In this document: positions 48,001-61,154 of the stretch, piece after piece
Numbering within the stretch: the first letter of the stretch is position 1
Layout of the letters: each line of letters starts with the position of its first letter
Assembly: GCF_000143415.4 (NCBI RefSeq)
Contig: NW_003314347.1
Coordinates: forward strand, 519,438 to 583,437
DNA from: Selaginella moellendorffii
Taxonomy: Eukaryota > Plantae > Lycopodiophyta
DNA: 64,000 nucleotides
Reading direction: 5' to 3'
Position numbers and translations under genes: made by a program
Notes under the pieces: model-generated
Databases searched by the model: none
Seen by the model: only the letters and a program-made list of their open reading frames with translations
What the model was told of the DNA's origin: nothing

Positions 48001-49022
48001 AGCTTCTTTCTGAAAGATGTCATTGACTTTGCTGCCGGACTGGCCTGTAAAGACGAAAACTTCACAAGATGAGAACGCAGTTCAAGAACAAAACTCGAAC
48101 AGCCTAGCCTGTAGTTCTTTTTGACGCGCTTTTAGCCTTGCACTGAGCTCGGTGTTGTTGACGTTCACAACAGCTTTCCGACGTTCATCCAAAGTACTGT
48201 CGTCACCGTGTGAAGATGTTCCAGCGGAGTCTTTCACCACCGAGATTTTTCCAATTGATTTCGCTAGCATGGACTCAACATGCGTCTCTGTGTCAGCTGA
48301 GATACTGATCTGGAAAAAGAGATCACTAAAAACCATCAAGGAAGAGCTTACGAACATACCTTACGCTGCGACTGTCCATGCTTCTCGTCAAGATCAGCTC
48401 GATAGTTGGGCAGAGGAGCTTTGCTGATAACCAGCACCGTGTTCCGGCCTCGGTTATATGCATGACTGCAGCCAAGGAGTATGAATCAGCGACAAAGAAC
48501 TAAAGGAAACAAAAGGAAACAAAAAAAAACAAAAACTCACAAATAAAATCCAGATTCACGAGCCATTGCCTCGAGCTTATCAGCGCCGGCACGTCCATAG
48601 TTCGTTTTTATCACAATCTCTTCCTCGTCCGAGAACTTGTGCTCTTCCAGCTTCGTCCACCATTCATCCTCGTCCAATTCCACATCGGGACCCCTCTACA
48701 ATTGCCAACAAACAAAGAATCCCTTCTAAGATAAAAAAAAAGAAAATAACACACCGCAAGCCACAGATTATCCGACCTCTTCGCGCATTTGCCTCAGCCT
48801 CTCAGCCCTCCAGGCAGGATCCCACCATCGCTGCTCTCCTCCTCCTCGTCCGCCGCCGCCGCCGCCGCCTCTCCCCCCGCGGCCGCCTCGTCCTTGCGCT
48901 CTCCCCCTGTGGCTCGATCTAGACATTGTGCACAGCCCTAGCAGTGACGGCCTAAGAAATGGAGCTCCGATGGGACGACCGTGGCAAGGACAAGAGATCG
49001 ATAGCCTTCGCAAACAATGCAT
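45100..49022 (-). CDS. DExH-box ATP-dependent RNA helicase (plant DExH1 / DHX36-like), multi-exon
   Basis: RGG-rich N-terminus with [16 protein letters not shown]. Motifs [28 protein letters not shown] and QRRGRAGR, followed by HA2/OB regions. Stop at 45100. The start could instead be the ATG at 48926. Confidence 0.93.
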
Positions 49023-49699
49023 CTATAGCCCTAGCCTCGTGGGCGGGTTTAAGAGGATATGCAAAGATTCCCTCTGCATAGCCCTAATGAATATTTTTTT
49101 CTTATTTGGAAAAAGGAAGGTTTAAAGCAAAATGATGTTGCATTATAAACTAAAACTATATAATTCAAGTATTTCAAATATATTATAAAAGTTATAAAAC
49201 TGATTTATATACATTTTAACTACTCATCAGATTATCCATGATTTACTAATTTTGATGTGAAATTTAATCATTTAACAATCCATCAATCCATATATCAAAA
49301 CTTAAGTAGATTTATAGATTTATAAAAAGGAGATAAAAATGAGTTATAAAACTGTAGGTTTTACCATCATTATTAACACTATAAAAACTATATAATTATT
49401 TAAAAGAAATTTATTGTATTTTATGAAAAGTTATTATATATATTATTGTGAACTCATATAGAAAAAAGTTTTTAGATTAAATTTATGATAAACATTTAAT
49501 ATTTGAAATATTCATATGTCTTTAATATTTAATGAGTATCACAAATGCAAAATAATAATAATGAGGAATTGAAATTCTATATATAGAATATGAAAATCAA
49601 ATACAAAAATATGCATAAAAACTTTAACTTATATATTGGAGTGAGTCATCTTGATTAAAAAAAATCCAATAATTATCAAAATCCCACTATACTAATATT

Positions 49700-52500
49700 C
49701 ATATATGACATTGTAACACACTTAGACCTCATATCATTCTTTTCTCTTAGAAGGATGGAAAGTAGTTAGCATTCTTAGTTGTCAGATTAGGATTTGGAAG
49801 AATATTAAGAGGAAGCATTGATTGTTCTTGATCCCTCTATATTAAATGTTTTAATTTTAATTGTTGCACATACACAATTTTTGAAGGATTGGCTTGTTGA
49901 ACTTCATGTTGAACTTCATAAACTTGCAATCTAACTTGCTACAACACTCGATATAATTCCTTCTTAGACAAATACTATAAGATTGGGAAAACAAATTAAT
50001 AGTAAATCATCTACTTTGTATTTCACTAGTAGATGATAATGGGAGTTAGCGTTGTTATTATCCCACTTATACACGGTTTAAGTGTCCACTGAAAAATCAC
50101 TAGAGCATTGTTTAAACCAAATAGCATTATCAAGAACTCGCATAAACCAAATAGCATATAAATAGCAATTTTTAGAACATTTTCTTTAGCCATTAGCATT
50201 TGCCCATACTTAAAAACAAAATCTAATTTGGTGAATTAATGACTTTTCCTCAAACGATCTAAGAAATCAATAGAGGAAGAAGGTACATATTTGAGATAGT
50301 CACCTCATTTAATGGATGATAGTCAATATAAAAATGAATACTTCTATCAAATTTTATTATAAGATAAAGTTTACATGCTTAAGGATTCCAAAACTTTCAA
50401 ATAACACCCTTCTCTAACATCTCTTTAATGTTCACATATAAAATCTTGATCTCCTTTGGTGACCACTGCTAAACAAAATCTTAATTGGACAAGCATCCCT
50501 AGTTGGAATAGTATGATATATTGCAATCTTAGCTTTAAACAACAAGTCAAAGTTAAAAAGATTAACATCTTCCTTCTTAAGTTGATTCATTACTACGATA
50601 CAAAGACCATCAAAAAGATTTGAAAAGGGAATAAATGAGCAAAATGGAAATATAGTAGGAAATAATAAAGATATAAAAATGATGGAAGTAGAGGTAAAAA
50701 AAAAGGGATAAAAAGGAACAAAAGTGAAATGAATAAAAAAAATATGGGAAGTATAAAGCAAGGGGGAGAAGTTTCAAAGTCACATTGCAACAATTAATTT
50801 ATGCCAAGGATAAGGTTAAAAACTTGATTAAACACCACTTGTAATAATTAAAGTTCAAGCTCAAGATCTCCCACATGCATTATTATGTCTGCCTTATCTT
50901 GTGCACATGGATGTGTATAGCGATTGCTATAAAAAATGAAGATTGACTCTACCGTATGATGCAACTATAAATGGCAATATGGAGCAATAAACTGGGAATA
51001 AAAGATAAACTCAAGTCTATATCAACTAATATGGAGAGAATAATAGGAGATTTTTTGCTATAAAAATGAGTTTCGAAAGTAAACAAGAAATGAATTAGTG
51101 CTGAGTGAACACCTTGATAGTATTCTTGAAAAAAGGATGGAGGGGTCATTGACTTAATTGTGCAAGGACCCTTCATTACTTACACAATTCCTTATTTCTT
51201 AGAAAAATATTTTTGTCAAAGCTTTCATTACAACAACACCAACAAGTTATTATTGATGCCAACGCCTCCACCTAAGACATGGAGGATGCTAATTCGGAAA
51301 ACATTAATAATGCTGATATGTGTGGCCAACCTTATCATATGCCTAGGGGACATCATAACCATGACATGTTGACTAAATGATACCATCCAGTCATCCCTTC
51401 GTTTCACAACTCTAGCTCCTGAGAAATCTCTACTTTAAGTCACTAGATTTCCACTAGTATTACTATAGAGAAAAATCTAGTAAACTAAGTAGCGAGATTT
51501 CTTGAGTGAGGGATGCACTTATTTGTATGTTACTATAGAAAATCCCTCCATTCCCAGAATGTGTGACACCCTTTCCAAAAAGTCAAGACACCTTTTGGTG
51601 AGCTCTATGCTCTAGAATAAAATGTTAGCTACTGAAAGCATACAATAAGTTGACCAACAAAAAGCTCACTTGATAATAAGCACATTTAAAAGAAGGATTT
51701 TGTAGCAAATCCTCTCTCAACTTCAACTCATCATTGTACCCATACTTACATAGAACCATCCATGTAGTCTCAAAATAGCTTTGCTCAATGAACATGAGCA
51801 ATAATAACATCAACTTTAATCAGAACAAAACCATTTCTTATAGAAAGTAGAGTTGAAGGACATGTAGTGAAAAGTGAAAGAAATAATATTTTATAACATT
51901 GTGCCAGACAAAAAGCATTGTCAAGGGTGCTAAAGCAAGTGTGTGCACAAGTCTCACAAGATCTTAACGAAGTGTTAACCACAACATTTTTAATTTGAGT
52001 CACTCTGACATATTTATCTTTGCACGAAGCAAAAGGCTCCCGAAGCAAATGCCAAATTGTATCATTAACTCAAATGGCCTTTGACGAAGATAATACAATT
52101 GTTGGGAGGTGTGAAAATACACACTTGAAGACATTCAAAAGAATGCTTCAATCCACATGAGTGGCTACACTCAAGCCATTGTACTACTGCAACATTATCA
52201 TTTGGAGACACATGGAAAACTCACACAAATGTTGAGCATCATCTTAAAAATGATAAGTAGCAATTACTATAAAGTGATTAAACCAATGGCATATGTCATC
52301 CTTGGGATTCCCATGAAAAAAATTTGGCCAGATGTGAAAATTCATAATAAGAGCAGAAGGAGTTGTACCACATATTGTAAATATTACTATCAATTGAGTC
52401 TGATTGTTCAACTACAACTGCATAATATTAAGCAATTGCACTAACAAAGTCAAAGAATGATGATACTACTGCTTTGCCATAAAGATGAACAAAAAGGAAA
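49700..52500. other. Heavily decayed coding-like relic in AT-rich DNA, probably transposon-derived, family unassigned
   Basis: Short broken frames (e.g. SYFETTWM on the minus strand) between very AT-rich flanks. No diagnostic termini found. Confidence 0.3.
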
Positions 52501-54213
52501 AAAAAAACAAAAAAAATGAAAATTGAAAAAGCTATAAGGAAATTAAGATTTAGATAATGCAAGAGCTAGATTCAAATCAAAATCCTAAATCCAAACACTC
52601 CTCGTGAATAATTGAAACTACTCTTCATTTCTACCAATGGCATATAAAAATATGTATATCAATTAGCCCAAAAGCCCTAGTTTATATATAAAAGTGAGTG
52701 GTTCAGATTGAAATCAATTTGATGGTTATCAAAATCTCACTATATTAATATTAATGCATTGTAGCCTTACACTTGAACCTTATATATATTTTATGTTAAA
52801 AAAAATTAAAACCATAATAATTATTTTTAAAAAATTAAATAAATATCATAACTTTTTTAGAAAATAAAATTTATGAGTTTTTATAAATTTCTTTGTGTAA
52901 AAAATGGCTATCTAAGTTATACATAATATATTTTTAATATTTTATACTTAATAGCTAACATTTTATTTCAATGTGTAACTTTAGTAACTTTAGAGATATA
53001 GCTTTTTTATCTTTTTTAGTCATTTTTTTCAAATTTTAAAATTTTAATTGGGATTAAATATAAAGTGAAATTTTAAATAATAAATACTATTAAAATAATG
53101 TAAAATTTAATAATATTTTTATGTTTTTTAAAAATTATTTTTCACTTTATAAAAATAATATATATTTGGTGTTGAAATGAATTTAAATTCAATAATCAAA
53201 GAAATAAAAATTAATAAAAATATCTATTTAAAATAAATATAATTGTATTATTTTAGTTATAAATTTAAACTACATAAGAAACTAAAATAATTTTGTTATT
53301 AGTTTCTATAAAGTACTAATTTAACATTAAATACATAGTTATATAACAAAAATTAACTAAAATATAACTAATTATTATTTTATTCCAAGATAATAGTATC
53401 TTAATCAAACACTAGAAAATTATATATACTAAGAAAAATTATATTAATATTTTCAAAACAATATTATGATGTAGGATATAGGAATAGGTATATTAATTGG
53501 GATTTAGACCCCTACTTATATACAAGAATGGATGAACCAGATTCAATCCCAAATAAATAGTCCATATACTATAGTACTATAATCAATGTATTGATTAGCT
53601 AGGGTAAAATATGTATATAAATATATATATTTACAAAACTTACACCATCCTCTACTCCGAAAGATGAAAAGGTGATGATAATAAGTCAAATGGAATATCT
53701 AGAGCTTCTATTAGGTAATGATAAATTACTATAAGAATTTAAAGTTCCCATAAAACCACCAACAAAATTGTTGATAACTATGATTAAAATAAAATCCAAA
53801 GACATAGTATAAGCATTAACTGACTACAGAATCCTAATGAACTAGTTATAACTCCATATGCAACTCCCAAATACTTAACTCAATTAGACAATCATAACTT
53901 TGAACCGAAATAAGGGATTTTAAAAGCCACTATAATTGATAGAGCACCATTGCAACAAACAATACATCTTGTCTCTAAGTTGTGAGACACAAGATCCCTA
54001 GGCCCCAAAGTGGAGCCAAAAGGGTGCCATGTGGTAGTGGCCAAAGCGAAAACCAAATGAGCGTAACACATTTGGACTAAAAGCTCCGATTTGAAAGGTC
54101 AAGAGTGGGAGTGGAACTCCCAACGAAGTGCTCAAGGAACAAGCACGAAGCAAGCAATAAGTGAGTCTCTAGAAAAGGGACACAAGAGGACCAACACAGG
54201 ACACGTAGAAGTC

Positions 54214-54693
54214 TCCGAGATGAAGTCCAAGATGGAGTCCGAGATGAACCCGAGATGGACCCGAGATGAACCCAAGATGGACCCGAGATGGAGTTCGAGA
54301 TGGACCCGAGATGGAGTCCGAGATGGACCCGAGATGGACCCGAGATGGACCCGAGATGGAGTTCGAGATGGAGTTCGAGATGGAGTCTAAGATGGACCCG
54401 AGATGGAGTCTGAGATGGACCTGAGATGGAATCTGAGATAGAGTCCGAGATGGAGCCTGAGATGGACCCAAGATGGAGTTTGAGATGAAGTCTGAGATGG
54501 ACCCGAGATGGAGTCCAAGATGGAGTCCGAGATGAAGTCCGAAGTTGAGACCAGGACCGGGACCGAGACCGAGACCAAGACTGGGACCGAGACCGAGACC
54601 AAGGCTGAGGCTGAGACCGAGCCCCAGCCCGAGTCCGAGTCTAAGTCTGACTCCAACTCCGACTCCGAATCCGACTCCGAGTCTGAGTCTGAG
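54214..54693. repeat. Compound minisatellite: 11/12-bp units (GTCCGAGATGGA / CCCGAGATGGA) grading into 6-bp units (GAGACC, GAGTCC/GACTCC)
   Basis: Tandem units directly visible in the sequence, with CpG/transition variants. Confidence 0.9.
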
Positions 54694-56493
54694 AGGGTGA
54701 AAGCCCAAAGCATTCGTCTCCCAGACCTTGGGGGGTTTGGTGAGCTCCAAAAGTATAGTGAGGGGGAGGACTCTAGTGGAGCCAATTTGGCTAAGAAAGG
54801 CCAGTTTGGCCTAGGAAAGTTGTGCCTAGGTGCTAGGTGATGGGATAACCATTGGGAAGTCCAAGGCTAGAGTGAATGTGGATTAACAAGCGGGGTAGTT
54901 TGGTGAAGTGTTCAAGAGCTGACTCTAGTTCCCCTGGGAGATCGACTGGCTGATGCTCCTAGTCCAAGTGTGGGTGGCACTACTTACTTGGATACCTGGC
55001 ATGGCTCAATGGAACCTTGCTCTAAGCCCATGGCAGAGTACCTATGAAGCCCGCATAGAGCTACGGTGTCCCGAAATGTTGTCCCAAAGTCCCAAACTGT
55101 GGAAAGGAAGAGAAGTAGCCCTTTGGTGTGGTGACCAAAGACATAGTCACATAGTGAGGAAGTCCTAGAGGACAGTGGGACTTAGTGGTTAAGCCTGTGG
55201 GCCTTGATCCAGTGGCAGTGTTGGCGAATACGACCAAGGACAAAAAAGGACTTCATGGGGACTGGAATAGAGATATTGGGGAAGGCTATTCCCCATGTCT
55301 ACGGGCATCCTAAGGATGCTAAGGAGTGGATCTGGGATGATCACTTATAGACAAATGGCCCAGTCTTGGAAAGACGGGATTGCAATACAAGTGGTGTTAG
55401 ACTACCGATGTGACCAAGGTGAATGAGCGTGGCCTAGTGTAACAGGCTCATATGTTGGTGGTACCTTGGGGTGTCAGTCATGGGATCAGACATGTGGAGC
55501 ACTTGGAGCAAGTGCAAAGGTTGAGTGGCATGGATGCCATTCTCGGGGCTAGCAAGTCCTAAGTCCTGAATGGGACTTATGGAGGTTGTGAATGAGACTC
55601 TTCCAAGTGGTCGAAGGTGCGATTAAGTGACTAAAGTAAAATGAAAAAATTAATCATTTACATAAGTCTGTCTGGCGATGATCCTCCAAAACCACCATTA
55701 ACTCAGACTTAGGACCATAAGTAGAACCTGTTATTGTGCCTTCCCTTTAGTCAACATCTAAGACCCATGTTTACTTATATTCATAATTATTATCCTCATC
55801 TAACATTGCATATAGGAGGTTAAACTCACTCTATTCATGCTTCACATCTTTTTTATCCCCTCTTTGAAGGAAAAAAAGTTTTGAAGCATTGGCTTTGTTT
55901 GAACTTGTTACACTTATCTTCATTCTGTAATCTATGTTTAGCCTCACTTCACTATTGCATCCTTTCAGCTTCACTACGTCAGGGTTGAATGTTCGGTTTA
56001 GACTTGCTATACTCATCCTCACTCTACAGTTTATATCATTTATTCTCGCTCTACTACTATATTTGCTCATCTTCACTCTATTGTCAAAGCCGGACTCCTA
56101 TCCATCCCCTCTACCCCTTCCTCCGAAGAAAAAAAAGTTTAAAGTGTCAAGGCAAAAAAGAGAAAAGGAGAAAAATTGAAGAAAACAATTGTGAACAAAG
56201 AAAATGTAGATAAAGAAGTATGGGAAGAGGAATTTATAGTAGCTAGCAATGTAGAAATGAGGAAATTAAAAGAAGGATATATCCTCAAAGTTTGGAAAAT
56301 AGGACTTCCTATTATAAAATACTTCGGTCATCACAATATAAGCAAAAGATTCATACTATTCAACCTCCTCAACACACAATCAAATATTGAAGAGGAGAAA
56401 AACAATAACATCCACATTCTCAAGGGAATATATAAACTCTTTAGGAACAACGGTAAAGCAAAAACTCTCAACAGCACTAATAAATAAGGATAT

Positions 56494-57090
56494 TGTAAGC
56501 TCCTGAGTTTTGGACTTCCCGGGAGGTCACCCAGCCCAGTACTATTCAAACCCAATGACGCTTAACTCTAACTATCCCAAGACCCTTAACCGATTGGAAA
56601 AGGGGGTGCACTCTTGTTCATGGGCCCTTTCCCTCTATATTTGAACCCCAACAGATCGTCTCTCAAGTCGTTCCCTTTGGTTGCTTACAATCCACCACGC
56701 TTCCCTGCAAGTTCACACCCTCGTGAATGGAAGCGGAGAGCTGCAGCTCTCCCGAGAGCCCCGCTCTCTTGACACCCTACCCCTCAGGTTGAGCTCAGTG
56801 GGAGCAAACTAGACCAGCCAGATGTCAATCAACATATGGTGTGATTCCCCTAGCCAACCAACAGAGTCGGACCCGAGACCCCTTTGATACCAAATGTAAA
56901 CTCCTGAGTTTTGGACTTCCCGTGAGGTCACCCAGCCCAATACTATTCAAACCCAATGACACTTAACTCCAACTATCCCAAGACCCTTAACCGATTGGAA
57001 AAGGGGGTGCACTCTTGTTCATGGGCCCTTTCCCTCTATATTTGAACCCTAACGGATCGTCTCTCAAGTCGTTCCCTTTGGTTGCTTACA
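56494..57090 (-). mobile_element. Cassandra-type TRIM (non-autonomous LTR retrotransposon with 5S rRNA-derived LTR segment), 597 bp
   Basis: Two 196-bp TG..CA LTRs (56494-56689, 56895-57090, 7 mismatches) and a perfect 5-bp TSD GATAT. PBS TGGTATCAAAG (tRNA-iMet-like) and PPT GGGAAGCGTGGTGGAT. The LTR minus strand contains GAGTTAAGCGTCATTGGGTTTGAATAGTACTGGGCTGGGTGACCTCCCGGGAAGTCC, matching the 5S A-box/IE/C-box. Confidence 0.93.
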
Positions 57091-58532
57091 GATATGTATT
57101 CAACTTGAAACTTTGGCAAAAGTCATTTAACCCTTGGAATAAGGGAATACTTAACACTAGAACTGATCAAAAACTCTACCAATGAAATAGAAGATTCTTA
57201 ACTTCATGCACACATTTAACATCTAGATTAGTATAAGAAAGATAAAAAACACTCAACTTAATATTAGATTGAGAATAAAAGTTATCATAGTCATAAATTA
57301 TCGACATGTCAGGAGAAGAAAACATTGCAAATGAGGAAGAAATACTAGGAATATGGGAAGGTGGCTTAAGCCGAAAAATAAAAAAAGGCTGAGAAAGAGC
57401 AAGAGATAAAGAAAAAGGATCAAATAGTAAATTAAAGGATTGACATCTACCCTATAAAATCTCCATTTCATCTCCAAAGTTATTTCTATAATAATTAAGC
57501 TTGTCATCACAATCTAAAATCCACTCAAGTTTATACATATCATCTTCCCATAAACTTAAACCTTAAACATTTTCCAAGAACTAGACTATATCATCTATAG
57601 CTCGTCAATCGACATCATGATGACACTCTACATCAACAGGAGATGGCAAAACACTACGAAGAAAATAAATTGTGTAATCATGTCCCACGGAAGTTGAAGA
57701 TGGCAACACACCAAAGATGGGCGTAGCACTAACATAAACACACTCTATAGCACTAAAAATTTGATCCAATAGAGTAACATTAGTAGCTTTAAGTGATATA
57801 TTCCTTGATAAATAACGGTGTCATATGGTAGAAAAAGAGAATGTAATGAAAATTATAAGAAAAAGTAGATCTAAGCACAACAATAACTAGAGTTCTAGAT
57901 TTTGCAAAAAGCTAATACAAATCTAGATTTAAAAGAGAATGAAGAAATAAAAACAAAAAACATTATCCTGAAAGAGCAAAACACTTGAAAAGACTTTGCC
58001 TTTTAGAAACAAATTGTAATGAATATCACCTCCACCAATATAACTACTCGGGATATAAAAATAATTATATTAATTGGGGTTTAGACCCTTACTTATATAT
58101 AAGAATGGATGGATCTAAATGAATGGTTTATATATTATTGTACTATAATTAGTGTAGTACTTAGCTACATGTATTTATAAACTTTACAATATTAGAATTT
58201 AGAAGATATATATGTTATAAATTATTATTTTATCACTTAAGTAATATATTAAAAACATATTTTTTTATATGAAATAGTGTATATAGCCTTACGCTAAGTT
58301 TTAATGTATTTAAATTACAGCAATATAAAAACTACTTTGACAATGACATTACATTTTACCCCACTTTGATTAAATTAATCATAAAAAGTAATGAATATTA
58401 AAGTATTGATAAAACATATATTATTATGATAAATGATACTAATTATCTTAATAATAAATATTTTATCCATACTTTTTTCAATTAAAAAATACACTTTTTT
58501 GTTTAGATTAGGTTAGGGTTTATGGTTGAGGC

Positions 58533-59996
58533 ATGGCGGGAGGGGCGATATGCTGCTGTGCCATTGCGCGGCCGACTGCGCGATGCTGGGGAGAGGCGGG
58601 ACAGCGTCCAGCGGGAAGAATGCCGGTGGTTGCCAGGTGTGAATCATCATCGCAGCCAGGTAAAATCTTGGATATCGCAAGCAAATCTGGGATGAATCTG
58701 TGGCTTACCTCAGATCCAGAGCCGCTGCTCGTTCAGGCAGCCAGGGGCCAATCCGTGGCGAGGCCGCCGGCGTGGATGATGCGTCAGGCCGGGCGATACA
58801 TGGCAGCGTATCGCAAATTGGCAGACAAGCATCCCTCCTTCCGCAAGAGATCCGAGGAGACGGATCTTATCGTGGAGATTTCGCTGCAGCCCTGGAAAGC
58901 ATTCATGCCCGACGGCGTCATCATCTTCTCCGACATCCTCACTCCACTCCCCGCGATTGGAGTGGAGTTTGAGATCGATGACGCCAAAGGCCCCATCATC
59001 AGCGACCCAGTCGTGTCGGTGGAGCGAGCATCGCAGCTGCATTCCATCGATCTCTCACGCCTCGAGTTCGTCGGCGACTCGTTGAGAACTCTTCGAAGAG
59101 AGGTACAAGCTTTCTTCTTTCTTTTTTCTTGCTTTTTTCTAGCAGTTTTAGGCTGAGATCTTTGCAGCTGCGCAGGTAGGGAGTGGAGCTGCTGTTCTTG
59201 GATTCGTCGGTGCGCCGTGGACGCTGGCAACTTATCTCATCGAGGGCCGCTCCACTCGAACTTACAAGAAGATCAAAGGCATGTGTTACGAGAATCCGGA
59301 GCTGCTCAAGTCGATACTCGACCACCTTGCAAATGCGATCGGGGACTACCTCGTGTTTCAGATACAATCCGGTGCTCAGTGCGTCCAAATATTTGATTCC
59401 TGGGGTGGCCAACTTACGCCAGTTCAATGGGATCGCTGGTCAAAACCGTATATTTGCAAGGTAACCTTTCTTTTTAATCGTTCTTTTCTAGTTCTTCGCA
59501 AAAGACTTTTTTTTTTTTCTCTCTTTCTTTTTCGCAGATGATCAGGACTGTCAAGGACAAGTGTCCTGGAGTTCCGATCGTCCTCTATGCGAATGGAAAC
59601 GGGGGCCTCCTGGAAAGAATGAGTGACACCGGAGCTCATGTCATCGGCCTGGATTGGACAGTGGATATGCTGGATGGTCGAAAGAGGCTGGGAGATTCCG
59701 TGGCTGTTCAGGGAAATGTGGATCCCTGCGTTCTTTTCGGTCCGGAATGGTCGATCACCGAAGCCGTGGTCGAGTAAGTTCTCCTTGTGTCTTGCAGTGA
59801 CTAACACCTTGCGTATTGTTTTTGCAGCGTCGTGAGAAAGGCTGGAAACAAGGGTCACATCCTCAATCTGGGACACGGCGTCTTGGTTGGCACCCCGGAA
59901 GAGAGTGTCGCACATTTTTTTCAAACGGCACGGAGCCTGTCGCTGGACAAGCTGGGCTCTTTATCTGCACAATTTGCAGCAGCAGCAGCATCGTGA
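58533..59996 (+). CDS. HEME1: Uroporphyrinogen III decarboxylase, plastid-targeted (UROD1-like), multi-exon
   Basis: Motifs [35 protein letters not shown] and HILNLGHG. Transit-peptide-like N-terminus and TGA at 59994. Confidence 0.93.
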
Positions 59997-60126
59997 GAAT
60001 GTTGCTAGCTGTTTTTTTTTTTTCTTCCTTCTTCTTCTTCTCTCTTTCTCTCTCTTTCTCTTTCTCCTCACCTGGCCTGGAGAAAAAGCTTTGCAGCAAA
60101 AGAAGCAAGGAATCCATCCATGAGGA

Positions 60127-60971
60127 TCATTTCTCTTGCAGAGCGTAGTGCACTTGACGACGATTCCTCTTGCTTCTTTTCTCCAAAAGCAGGATGGCCA
60201 GCTCTTGGTCACTAACCGTTTGGTCCTTGCAAATTCTCAGTGCCTCTGCGAGACTTGCGGCCAGCTGGTGCTTGCACTGCGAGGAATGAATTCAACGCAC
60301 TCTCAGCAGCCAATCTATGACCAGAGATTATTAAAAAGGAGTATCTTTACGTACGCAGAGATGCTGGTGGCGGACCACAACATCGAAGAAGAAAGATGGA
60401 CACGAGCAGAAGTGGGGCTTGAGCAGGCACAAGTGTTGATCACTCTTGTCGGTCTCTCCACGAACCTGGAGAACCAAACCACAACCACATCCGCTTTAAA
60501 AGTCCTTTTAAAAAAGCTGACCTTTGAGATTCAAAGAAGAGTCTACGAGAACAAAGCAGCAGCCAGGACAAGCAAAGAGAGGATGAACGGGAGATGGAAG
60601 TAGAAAAGCAAAGGAAAAGAGGAAATCGTGGTACTTACCACAAAGATGGAGCGCTTGGAATTTTGGCCAGTAATGCGCTTCACGCCTTCCATGTCCAGTA
60701 TGCGCAGAGCCCTCGCCAAATTCCTCTGGTACAGGAACTGCAACCTGTAAAGATGCCGGCCATCATGCTTCCGACCGAGCCTGGGAAAGAATCTCACAGA
60801 AATTTACATGGCCAGGCTTTCCTTGTCCACTGCACAAATCCGGGCAAGCGCAAATCCGAATCCATCAGTCACATCAAAGATCCACCCATCAGACCGCCAA
60901 AGATCTCACGCACAGTGTCCAGTTGCTGCAATGCCGGCCAAGATGGCGCTCGCCGCTGCCGCTGCCGCCAT
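60127..60971 (-). CDS. SSN2: SWIM zinc-finger protein, SWS1/ZSWIM7 (plant SSN2) homolog, 5 exons
   Basis: Spliced reading gives LQFLYQRNLARALRILD..VKRITGQNSKRSIFV|VRGE..HFCSCPSFFFDVVVRHQHLC|CKHQLAASLA, i.e. a CxC..CxH SWIM motif. Confidence 0.8.
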
Positions 60972-61154
60972 AGCCGCGAAGAACCCTAGAAGCAGCGCCT
61001 AGGGTGAGGATATTCGAGGCATTTGTTTTAACAATTTTAAAATTTTGAAATTTGGAGGGAAGGGGGCGGCATACAAACTCGCGGGCTTTACAGCCACCGC
61101 GCCAACGCTCAAGACTGTACACACACACTCTCGTCTTGCCCAGGGATCTTTCTC

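Larger units (their letters stand above)
53465..58188 (-). mobile_element. Old LTR retrotransposon relic hosting nested insertions
   Basis: Diverged direct repeats at 53465-53644 and 58039-58188 (shared ggatata..atattaattggg.tttagaccc.tacttatata.aagaatggatg...ttaca). PPT-like complement ccatcctctactcc at 53645, PBS-like complement cctccacca at 58029-58037, and atat on both outer flanks. Confidence 0.55.

Noticed and set aside
48045-48108. GC-AG intron in the helicase (cag|gctagg)
   Set aside because: An alternative GT donor with a nearby acceptor also keeps the frame, so this cannot be decided without cDNA.
54214-54693. CRISPR-like array, or real proteins from ORFs 54091-54840
   Set aside because: The units are contiguous with no unique spacers and there are no cas genes in this eukaryotic context. 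The ORFs are by-products of stop-poor repeats.
56510-56575. 5S rRNA gene
   Set aside because: Only the internal promoter portion is present, and it is embedded in LTRs with TSD, PBS and PPT.
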